Below, piece after piece: positions 9,221 to 17,368 of a DNA stretch of 64,000 nt (within the stretch, counting starts at the first letter, position 1; each line of letters begins with the position of its first letter). The DNA comes from Candidatus Krumholzibacteriota bacterium (lineage in GTDB: Bacteria; Krumholzibacteriota; Krumholzibacteriia; Krumholzibacteriales; WJIX01). The stretch is taken from the NCBI GenBank assembly GCA_034520215.1, contig JAXHNR010000001.1, positions 732,560 through 796,559 on the forward strand, in the 5' to 3' direction. Below the pieces are notes generated by a model. It had not been told where the DNA came from and made no database searches. It saw only the letters and a list, made by a program, of their open reading frames with translations. The position numbers were made by a program, and so were the translations under genes.

Positions 9221-10512
9221 AAGAAAAACGAATATTAGTAATTGTGAATTTTTTCCCTCCCGCCGGAGGGGGTGGAGTCTATCGCCCTCTTTCTTTTGTA
9301 AAGTATTTAGCAAGGTTTTCCTGGAAGGTTACCGTTCTTACACCAAAAGTGGGTGAATTCTGGATTTCAGACCCCGGGCTTGAAGATCAGATACCGAATG
9401 ACGTTAAAGTAGTGCGGACATTATCAATTTCTCCGTCACGCTTTTTGAATGCTGTTAGAAAGAAAAACGGAAAAGCCAGGCCGAAGAGATCAACCGGCAG
9501 TTTTGAACTTCTCAGACGGCTCGGGGAAATATTTTTTATCCCTGATACATATGTGGGGTGGGCACCCTTTGCCTACAGGGCCGCTTCGAAACTGTGCCGC
9601 AAAGAGGATTTTGATGTTATACTCTCTACAAGCCCTCCCGACAGCACACATCTCGCGGCGGGAAAGATTTCACGTAAATATCGTATTCCCTGGATTGTAG
9701 ATTTCAGGGATCCATGGATATCCCTTTATCTTAGAAATCCCATAACGTCAGTTCACAGAAAGTTGCATCAAATGATGGAAAGGTACACCGTTGAAGCTGA
9801 GAGGATTTTGGTGACAACTGATTGGCAGAGGAGGAAACTTATTGAATTATACCCGGGATGCAGTGTGGAGAAAATCCCTAACGGCTACGAAGAAGAAGAT
9901 TTTGCCGGGCTTGAAGATGTTAAACCCGACCCGGGAAAATTTACTATATTGCATGCAGGTATGCTGACACTTGAAAGAAAGTCAGAAAACTTCCTCAAGG
10001 GAGTTTCCCTGTTCTTAAATCGAACTGAAAAAGCAAAAGGATTACTCAGAATTATCTTCGCGGGCGGAAGAGAATCAGCTAATGAGCAGTGGGTAAGTAA
10101 ATTGGGGTTGGAAAATATTGTTGTTTTCAAAAATAATCTCCCTCACCGCGAGTGTGTCAGGCTCGAAAAGAGCAGTCATGTGCTTTTGCTGATAAAACAC
10201 GACGATAGGCGATATAATGGGCTTATACCCGGGAAACTCTATGAATATATTGGCGCGGCACGCCCCATACTTGCCGTTGTTCCGGATGGAGAAGCAAAGA
10301 ATATTGTACAGGATCTTGATAGAGGTGAAACAGCTCAAGTAAATGACCCGGAAGATATTGCCGGTAAAATTGAGATTCTATTTGATCTCTATAAAACACG
10401 CAAACTCGACAGCAGCTATTCGCTTGAAGATGTGCCGAAATATTCAAGGAGATCTGAAGCGGAAAGATTGAATAATCTTCTCTCTGAGGTGGTGTATAAA
10501 GATGAACAGTAA
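9217..10512 (+). CDS. GT4 family glycosyltransferase
   Basis: The N-terminus ILVIVNFFPPAGGGGVYRP… (Glyco_trans_4-like) and a C-terminal retaining-GT Rossmann half. The ATG overlaps the upstream stop (ATGA). Confidence 0.6.
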   Translation: MKEKRILVIVNFFPPAGGGGVYRPLSFVKYLARFSWKVTVLTPKVGEFWISDPGLEDQIPNDVKVVRTLSISPSRFLNAVRKKNGKARPKRSTGSFELLRRLGEIFFIPDTYVGWAPFAYRAASKLCRKEDFDVILSTSPPDSTHLAAGKISRKYRIPWIVDFRDPWISLYLRNPITSVHRKLHQMMERYTVEAERILVTTDWQRRKLIELYPGCSVEKIPNGYEEEDFAGLEDVKPDPGKFTILHAGMLTLERKSENFLKGVSLFLNRTEKAKGLLRIIFAGGRESANEQWVSKLGLENIVVFKNNLPHRECVRLEKSSHVLLLIKHDDRRYNGLIPGKLYEYIGAARPILAVVPDGEAKNIVQDLDRGETAQVNDPEDIAGKIEILFDLYKTRKLDSSYSLEDVPKYSRRSEAERLNNLLSEVVYKDEQ

Positions 10513-11989
10513 GAATGCCTTGATAATTATCAGCGCTGTAATACTTTTTCTTGTTATCAGTGCACCCTTAAAAGATACAGTTGTTGATGACACCTATATA
10601 CATCTTCAATATGCGCGCAACCTGGCTGTTGATAACCAATTAGCTTTTAATAAAGGCGAGCCGTCTTACGGGGCAACAAGCCCGCTGTGGGTTTTTCTTC
10701 TTTCCGTGGGGTATAAGACGGGGGTCGATCTTCTTCTTCTGTCTCATATTCTATCGGAAGTGTTCGCCGTTTTGTCCATAATACTTATTTATTATTATGT
10801 TTTAATGGTTGAAAGGAAAAGGACGGCGGCCTCGGCAGCCGCGATTATCATGTCCGTGGAAGCCTGGCTTGTAAGGTGGAGCTCGGTGGGTATGGAGACT
10901 TCACTTGCTGTTTTCATGGTCCTTGTCGTATTTATTCTGTCCCTTAAAACATTAAGATCGATAATATATTCATCTTTGTTCGGTTTATCCCTCTTTTTTT
11001 CAGCTCTCGCCAGGCCGGAAATAATTCTTCTTGTTCCAATCGCCGCAGTTATTTTCCTGTTTAGAAAAAGAGAGAAATATTCCGTCAGATTAACGTGGCT
11101 GATTGTGTTTGTTTCAGCTTATTTTCTCTGGCTTATATTCATCAAGAATCATACGGGCACTTTTTTTCCACTTACCGCAGGGGCGAAACGAGGCTGGCTC
11201 TTTTTCAGTCCGGCTAATTTGAAGAGAGTGTTGCTGCCGCTAAAAATTATAGCAGCCACTTTAATTATACCTTCAGCATCTCTTATTATCTGGGTAATTT
11301 TTTACTGGGTAAAAAGGACCGAAGCTCTGAAAGAGGATATGATTTCAAATAATCTTCTCTTTCCTCTGGCGTGGGCTGCGATTCTGCCAATGGCTTATGT
11401 TCTATTAGACTTTACTATTCTTTCCAGATATCTTGTGCCGACCGCGCCTGCTATTATCGTTCTCGGAGTAGTTTCGGTCAGCCGGTTAATCTCATATTTT
11501 GCCTGCAGCCTCAAATTTGAACGGTTGATTCTTGGAATTTTTACAATATTCGTTGTACTGCAGAACGTTATCTTCTATTTTCTGATCGTTGTGCCGCCGA
11601 CAAGAAATTTTACCGACGATATCAATGACGTTCTCATTCCGATGGGAAAATGGATGCGTGATAATACTGCCGCGGAAGCCGTTGTGGCAACACCCGATAT
11701 CGGAGCTATAGGTTATTATTCTGAGAGAGAAGTGCTGGATCTTGGGGGGCTTGTAACTCCAGAAATAAACGGGATGCGAGATTCACTGACTGTTGAAAGG
11801 ATCGTGTCTGAAGGTTTTTTCCTTGAATACGATCCGGATTATCTAATTGATAGAAACCCCTCAGCCCGAAGATTCTCCGGGAAAATTATCAGGGGTGTAG
11901 AGTTTATACCTTTAATGAGCGATACAATTTCAACGCGGGGCGTACGTAAATCAGACCCCGTTGTTTATACTCTCTATCGGCTTGAATAA
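10502..11989 (+). CDS. GT-C fold integral membrane glycosyltransferase (ArnT/PMT_2-like, uses a polyprenyl-phosphate sugar donor)
   Basis: 495 aa with about 11 or more transmembrane helices. The first periplasmic-loop acidic motif VVDDTYIHLQYARNL is analogous to the ArnT/PMT DE/DD motif. It pairs logically with the Dpm1-like GT2 at 183-914. Confidence 0.5.
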   Translation: MNSKNALIIISAVILFLVISAPLKDTVVDDTYIHLQYARNLAVDNQLAFNKGEPSYGATSPLWVFLLSVGYKTGVDLLLLSHILSEVFAVLSIILIYYYVLMVERKRTAASAAAIIMSVEAWLVRWSSVGMETSLAVFMVLVVFILSLKTLRSIIYSSLFGLSLFFSALARPEIILLVPIAAVIFLFRKREKYSVRLTWLIVFVSAYFLWLIFIKNHTGTFFPLTAGAKRGWLFFSPANLKRVLLPLKIIAATLIIPSASLIIWVIFYWVKRTEALKEDMISNNLLFPLAWAAILPMAYVLLDFTILSRYLVPTAPAIIVLGVVSVSRLISYFACSLKFERLILGIFTIFVVLQNVIFYFLIVVPPTRNFTDDINDVLIPMGKWMRDNTAAEAVVATPDIGAIGYYSEREVLDLGGLVTPEINGMRDSLTVERIVSEGFFLEYDPDYLIDRNPSARRFSGKIIRGVEFIPLMSDTISTRGVRKSDPVVYTLYRLE

Positions 11990-12201
11990 AAACGGAATTA
12001 CTAAAGGGGCCGGGTGATAAAGATTGATCTACACCTTCTTTAAGAAGGGAGAATCGCTTTAGGGGCAGTTATTTTATAGTGCAAATTTATAAGGGGGGTT
12101 GCTATCTTCGAATTAGCTGAAAAAGAGTTTTGGATAAGCGGGTTAGAAGAAAACGAGATTGATTTAATATTGAATATAAGATTACATTAAACCTAATAAA
12201 T

Positions 12202-13110
12202 ATGAATATAAAAATAAGTCATAATAAGAATAATACAAATGTCAAACAGATAAAGAAGATTACGTGGACAGGGATTGCCTTAAACTTATTTCTGGCGTTT
12301 ATTAAATTCCTGTTTGGTTTTATTGGAGCGAGTCACGCGGTAATTGCTGACGCGGTTCACAGTATCTCAGACCTTTCTACTGATCTTGCCGTTCTACTGG
12401 GAGTAAAATATTGGAGTGCTCCGCCGGATAAAAACCATCCCTACGGCCATAGGCGTATTGAAACATTAATAACTCTCGCGATTGGTATTATCCTGGCATT
12501 TATTGCTGTCGGATTGGGATATAACTCTCTAACATCAGTGCGAGAAATACATAGAGAGCAAACAAGCTGGATCGCCGTTATTGGACCTCTTCTATCGATA
12601 GTTTTCAAGGAAATTCTCTATAGATGGACTTTAAAAATAGGTAATCGCGTAAAATCAACAGCTGTGATTGCAAATTCAATGCATCATCGTTCCGATGCTT
12701 TAAGTTCATTACCTGCATTAATTGCTGTTACGGTATCTTCTCTTAATCCGGAGCTGTCATATATTGATGATATCGGCGCCTTGATAATTTCAGTTTTTAT
12801 TCTAAAGGTTTCCTGGGATATAGTCAGGCCGTCATTAATTGAGTTGACAGATCATGGCGCGTCTGAGAAGGATCGTGAATTGATCAAGAATATAGTTATG
12901 AATATAGAAAGCGTAAAGGATGTACACGCCATACGGACACGTAAGTTCAGCTCTAATCTTGTCGTGGATCTCCATGTACTTGTTGATCCGGATATTTCAG
13001 TTCGAGAGGGTCATTGTATATCTCAGGAAGTTGAAGATGAGATATTAAATAAGGGCCCCGACATCATTGATGTAGTTGTCCATATAGAACCTTTCGAGAG
13101 CGGGCCGTAA
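12202..13110 (+). CDS. Cation diffusion facilitator (CDF) family metal efflux transporter
   Basis: HAVIADAVHSISD…HPYGHRRIETL and the second HxxxD motif AVIANSMHHRSDALSS, followed by a C-terminal cytoplasmic domain. Length is 302 aa. Confidence 0.8.
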   Translation: MNIKISHNKNNTNVKQIKKITWTGIALNLFLAFIKFLFGFIGASHAVIADAVHSISDLSTDLAVLLGVKYWSAPPDKNHPYGHRRIETLITLAIGIILAFIAVGLGYNSLTSVREIHREQTSWIAVIGPLLSIVFKEILYRWTLKIGNRVKSTAVIANSMHHRSDALSSLPALIAVTVSSLNPELSYIDDIGALIISVFILKVSWDIVRPSLIELTDHGASEKDRELIKNIVMNIESVKDVHAIRTRKFSSNLVVDLHVLVDPDISVREGHCISQEVEDEILNKGPDIIDVVVHIEPFESGP

Positions 13111-13316
13111 TAATACGGCATTTTTAAACCTGACGTTTACCCCTCTTAATCTCCATCGCGGGATTATCTCTGAAAAGTTCATTAATTCCCGCAGTGGGAA
13201 AGATTCCCATAAAAAAAAATCATATTTTTTTAAATTATTTTCGTGTATATAATGTAACCTATTTTATAGCAAGGGTTAACAAATGTATAAATATTTAAAA
13301 AAAATCCTTTTAGTTC

Positions 13317-13349
13317 TTGACACGGTGGGAAGAAGTGGGGTAGAGTGGG
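13317..13349 (+). promoter_or_regulatory. Putative dcw promoter (TTGACA -35) overlapping three direct GTGGG repeats with 10-bp periodicity (MraZ operator-like)
   Basis: TTGACA at 13317-13322. GTGGG at 13325-13329, 13335-13339 and 13345-13349, separated by 5-nt spacers (AAGAA, GTAGA). The site lies about 95 bp upstream of mraZ. Confidence 0.5.
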
Positions 13350-13441
13350 GGGCAATGGAGAGAAGTATTGAAAAAAAGTGATAACATTACAGAATTCAGC
13401 GCTAATATTTTTCTTTGAATATAGAATAGACTGGAATGTAA

Positions 13442-13876
13442 ATGCAGAATTTCCTCGGTGATTATGAATGTTCAATAGATTCGAAGGGCAGAATGCTCAT
13501 CCCTTCCAGATTCAGGCGCCTTATACCGGCGGATAACGATAATAAATTTGTTATCAGTCTCGGAAAGGAACAGTGTCTTAATTTGTATCCCCTCAACGAA
13601 TGGAGAGATGATGTTGAAAAGAGACTTCATCAGCTCCCTCCGGGCCTGAAGAAAAGAAAGGTAATACGTTTTTACAGCAAGATGTCCCGTCATGTCGAAT
13701 CTGATAAATCCGGCAGGATCGCTATACCGCGCAAATTCCTTGAAGTAATAAGTAATCCCGGGAAGGTAGTTGCAGTCGGACTTCTAAACTATATAGAAAT
13801 ATGGTCTTTTGATGATTACAGAGATATCAGCATAAAAATTGAAAATGATTTCCAGAAACTGGAATGGGAATATTAA
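13442..13876 (+). CDS. mraZ: Transcriptional regulator MraZ
   Basis: MQNFLGDYECSIDSKGRMLIPSRFRR… shows the duplicated MraZ/SpoVT-AbrB-like fold signature. First gene of the dcw cluster. Confidence 0.9.
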   Translation: MQNFLGDYECSIDSKGRMLIPSRFRRLIPADNDNKFVISLGKEQCLNLYPLNEWRDDVEKRLHQLPPGLKKRKVIRFYSKMSRHVESDKSGRIAIPRKFLEVISNPGKVVAVGLLNYIEIWSFDDYRDISIKIENDFQKLEWEY

Positions 13877-13924
13877 TAGAATTCACCGATATTTTATTTC
13901 CCTCTACGCCGGAGTGGAATCTGA

Positions 13925-14836
13925 GTGTTTCACATACCTGTTATGAAGAAAGAGATTTTAGATCTCCTGATAACGAACCCGGAAGGGATTTACGTGGACT
14001 GCACGGTTGGAACAGGAGGGCACACGGAGGGCATTCTCAAAGCGAAAAGAAATCGGAGAATTTCGGTTATTGGGATAGACCAAGATGGTATGGCTTTGGA
14101 TATTGCCCGGAAAAGATTAGAGAGATACGGAGAACGGGTAAGGTTGATTCAGGGGAATTTCCGAGACATAGAAAAATATCTAGCCGGAGAGAAGTACGAT
14201 GGATTCCTTCTGGATTTGGGAATTTCATCACTGCAGCTCGACGATAGTTGCCGCGGTTTCAGTTATATGAAGGACGGTCCAATTGATATGGCAATGGGAG
14301 AGGACGCGAATTCGGTCAGTGAAATGCTGGCCGGCGCGGACAGAGGAAAAATAAGCAGGATTATAAAAGTGTATGGTGAGGAAAGAAAACACGGAATGAT
14401 AGCAAAAAGTATAGTTAAAATGCGAAGTTCGGAGGCAATAGAGAGGACGGGTCAATTGGTAGAAGCTGTTAAGAAGGTTGTCAGTCCTAACAGGCTTTAC
14501 AGTACGCTTTCGAGAGTTTTTCAGGCTTTCAGGATTTGGGCCAATGATGAGATTGAAAACCTGAAGCTTTTTCTGCCCCAGACATTGAGGCTTTTAAGTC
14601 CGCGTGGGAGAATCGCTGTTATCTCATACCATTCTATCGAAGATCGCATCGTTAAGAGATTCTTCATCCACCAGGCGAAGAAATGTGTTTGCCCACCGGA
14701 TTTTCCGGTGTGTGTCTGCGATAAACGAGCAGAATTAAAGATCGTAACGAATAAACCGGTTTTACCATCTATTTTGGAAATTGAGAATAACAAGAGAGCA
14801 AGAAGCGCTAAACTGCGCGTAGCTGAAAGGATTTGA
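13925..14836 (+). CDS. rsmH: 16S rRNA (cytosine1402-N4)-methyltransferase RsmH
   Basis: HIPVM…YVDCTVGTGGHTEGIL… is the classic RsmH/MraW N-terminus. It follows mraZ. Confidence 0.9.
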   Translation: MFHIPVMKKEILDLLITNPEGIYVDCTVGTGGHTEGILKAKRNRRISVIGIDQDGMALDIARKRLERYGERVRLIQGNFRDIEKYLAGEKYDGFLLDLGISSLQLDDSCRGFSYMKDGPIDMAMGEDANSVSEMLAGADRGKISRIIKVYGEERKHGMIAKSIVKMRSSEAIERTGQLVEAVKKVVSPNRLYSTLSRVFQAFRIWANDEIENLKLFLPQTLRLLSPRGRIAVISYHSIEDRIVKRFFIHQAKKCVCPPDFPVCVCDKRAELKIVTNKPVLPSILEIENNKRARSAKLRVAERI

Positions 14837-14837
14837 T

Positions 14838-15266
14838 ATGAGCAGCAAGAAGAAATGTTATAGTTTGCAGATGTTAGTAAGCAGAATGCTCACGGGGAAG
14901 ATAAGTCAGCTGAATTTTTTGATACTCTTAGGATTGACGGCCAGCCTCGCCATGTTATATATCGGACTTCACGTCTATTCATATTCACTTTCTGAAGAAA
15001 TAAGCGGATGTTTAAAAAAGCGCACCTTCTTAAGAGAAAAAAAGGTATGGCTGCTTGCTGATTATAACAGACTTATAGCTCCTGAAAGGATTATCCCGGA
15101 AGTGGAAAGAATGGGGATGAAGCAGGGATCGTCCATGGATGTAAACAAGCTCACTCTGTATAGGAATAAGCGGCTGTTCCGGAATGTAAGTGAAGACCCC
15201 GAGAAAGTTACGAGCATAGCCAAAGAAAAAATCTTTATTTTTGGTGATGGCAATGTGGAGAACTAA
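14838..15266 (+). CDS. ftsL: Cell division protein FtsL-like (small bitopic membrane protein)
   Basis: A single transmembrane helix (FLILLGLTASLAMLYIGLHVY) followed by a coiled-coil-like segment. It lies between rsmH and ftsI. The assignment rests on position and topology. Confidence 0.5.
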   Translation: MSSKKKCYSLQMLVSRMLTGKISQLNFLILLGLTASLAMLYIGLHVYSYSLSEEISGCLKKRTFLREKKVWLLADYNRLIAPERIIPEVERMGMKQGSSMDVNKLTLYRNKRLFRNVSEDPEKVTSIAKEKIFIFGDGNVEN

Positions 15267-17368
15267 TGATACGTAAATTATCAAGAGGTCGTTTGAGGTT
15301 TATTGTTGTATTTCTGAGCGCGGCAGTAGCCGTTATTATATTCAGAATTGTAAAAGTTCAGATAATTCAGCATGAGAAATATAAGAATATCGCCAAACAG
15401 CAATGGCACAACAAACTCACAATATCCGCGGAAAGAGGGAAAATCCTCGATCGGCGAGGCCGGCCTCTGGCGGTCACTTACTGCACGTACACTCTTGGTA
15501 TTACTCCAAGGGATATACCTGAAAATAAAAAGGTTGTCGAATTTATTGCAAAGATAGCAGAGAGTACGCCTTCCCAAATAAGAAAACTTCTTAATAAAGA
15601 CAAAGATTATGTTCTTATAAAAAAAGGGCTTCGGCTAAGCGCCGGCCAGTTGTCAAAACTTTATCTGTTGCCGGGTGTTCGTCTTGATTCCGTTCACAAG
15701 AGATTGATGCCTCTACAGGCCATTGATAAACATTTTATCGGTGTTGTTAATCACAAACAGAAAGCTATTGGCGGAATTGAAAGCGCTTTTGACGAGATTC
15801 TAACTGGTAAAGACGGTTGGGTTGTTGTAAACAGAGATGCCAGAAACGGACCGTTCAGGCCTATTGACGCTCCGCACAGGAAGGCTATAAACGGTCGAGA
15901 TATATATTTGACGATTGACTCAAATATACAGACGATAGTTAATTTTGAATTAAAGAAGGCGGTAAGAAAATATGGTGCTGAAGGAGGAGTGATAATCGTA
16001 GCTGATCCTTCCAGCGGTGATATATTAGCTCTTTCAGAATTTTTCCCGGATAAACCCAAACACTCGTTATATTCAACCAGCAGTTATTATGAACCAGGTT
16101 CAACCTTTAAGCTTATAACCGATGCTTATCTTTTAAATACCGGCAAGGTGGCTCCATACGACGCTTTCTATGGAGAAGAGGGTGAGGCGGAGCTTGAGTT
16201 TGGGGTTTTCCGTGATGATCATCCTCACGGCTGGTTGACTTTCAGGGAATCGTTCGTCTTTTCAAGCAACATTTGTACAATTAAGGCAGTCTCTGGTTCC
16301 GGCAGGGAGGAATTCTATAGATATATTCTAAAGATGGGATTTGGGGAAAAAACCGGTGTGGACTTACCTGTTGAATCCGAGGGGTTTTTACGTGAGCCGC
16401 GGGAGTGGTCCGGGAGATCACTGGCAAGTATAGCGATTGGTCAGGAAATAGGTGTTACCCCGCTTCAGATGTTGTCCGCCTATTGCGCTCTTGCCAACGG
16501 AGGTGAATTGTACGTTCCCCGGGTTGTTCTGAAGCTCAGGGAAGAAGACGGCGGGATAGAGGAAATCCCAAGTGTAAGAGTAAGAAGGGTTTTCCCCCCT
16601 AAAATATCCAATACAATAAAGAATTTCTGCCGGGATGTTGTCAGGGAAGGAACTGGAGGAAACGCTTCCACAGAGATGGTTGCCGTGGGTGGAAAAACCG
16701 GAACAGCACAGAAAGCGGGTAGAAATGGATATCTGCGGAACAAATATATAACGAGTTTTATTGGATTTGCTCCCGTAGAGACCCCGCAAGTTGCCTGCCT
16801 TGTTCTTTTTGACGAGCCCGATTATCCCTACACATACGGAGGGCTTTCAGCGGCACCGGTTTTCAATAGAGTTATAGAGAGCATTTGTTTAACTACCGAC
16901 TATATATCACAAGATTCCGGAAAGATGCTTGCTGCCGGGGAAGGTGAAGAAGCAAAAATAAAAACACCATCTTTTTACAGAATGACTTCTTCCGAGGCTT
17001 ATAGAATGGCTTCAAGGTCGGGTATTGGCGTGAGGTGTTCAGATGATAAAGGGAGAGTATACTCTCAGATTCCCGGACCGGGAACACTTGTAGAGACGGG
17101 AACAGAAATAACTCTGCTTTTCAGAGAGAAACAATCCGGCGAGAGAAGATCACGCGTTCCGGATTTGAGAGGACTTACCATCAGGAAGGCTAGAAGAATT
17201 CTAATAGAATGCGGCTTTGAAAGCACAATATCCGGGTTTGGTATAGTTGAGAGACAGAACCCCGGGCCGGGCAATCTGCTGGAAGTAGGATCAAATATCG
17301 AGCTGTTTTGTAAAACAGGTTTAAGGTTATCGGAATCTTCATATAGGTCTAAAAGCGGGAGCAGTTGA
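15266..17368 (+). CDS. ftsI: Peptidoglycan D,D-transpeptidase FtsI (class B PBP) with two C-terminal PASTA domains
   Basis: N-terminal transmembrane segment, PBP dimerisation domain, and a transpeptidase domain (STFK-like SxxK, SSN, KTGT motifs: …GGKTGTAQK). The C-terminus carries two roughly 60-aa PASTA-like repeats (…GIGVRCSDDKGRVYSQIPGPGTLVETGTEITL… and VPDLRGLTIRKARRIL…NPGPGNLLEVGSNIEL). Confidence 0.85.
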   Translation: MIRKLSRGRLRFIVVFLSAAVAVIIFRIVKVQIIQHEKYKNIAKQQWHNKLTISAERGKILDRRGRPLAVTYCTYTLGITPRDIPENKKVVEFIAKIAESTPSQIRKLLNKDKDYVLIKKGLRLSAGQLSKLYLLPGVRLDSVHKRLMPLQAIDKHFIGVVNHKQKAIGGIESAFDEILTGKDGWVVVNRDARNGPFRPIDAPHRKAINGRDIYLTIDSNIQTIVNFELKKAVRKYGAEGGVIIVADPSSGDILALSEFFPDKPKHSLYSTSSYYEPGSTFKLITDAYLLNTGKVAPYDAFYGEEGEAELEFGVFRDDHPHGWLTFRESFVFSSNICTIKAVSGSGREEFYRYILKMGFGEKTGVDLPVESEGFLREPREWSGRSLASIAIGQEIGVTPLQMLSAYCALANGGELYVPRVVLKLREEDGGIEEIPSVRVRRVFPPKISNTIKNFCRDVVREGTGGNASTEMVAVGGKTGTAQKAGRNGYLRNKYITSFIGFAPVETPQVACLVLFDEPDYPYTYGGLSAAPVFNRVIESICLTTDYISQDSGKMLAAGEGEEAKIKTPSFYRMTSSEAYRMASRSGIGVRCSDDKGRVYSQIPGPGTLVETGTEITLLFREKQSGERRSRVPDLRGLTIRKARRILIECGFESTISGFGIVERQNPGPGNLLEVGSNIELFCKTGLRLSESSYRSKSGSS

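Noticed and set aside
11990-12201. Possible metal-sensing riboswitch (czcD/NiCo-type) in the 212-bp leader of the CDF transporter
   Set aside because: The region has some G-rich stems (GGGGCCGGG, GGGGGGTTGC), but I cannot reproduce the NiCo four-stem architecture or conserved nucleotides by eye. It would need a cmscan against RF02683 to decide.
13864-14247. 127-aa + strand ORF overlapping the 5' half of rsmH in another frame
   Set aside because: It is out of frame with a strongly conserved gene (rsmH). The Arg/Gly/His-rich translation has no motifs. It is a frame-overlap artefact.
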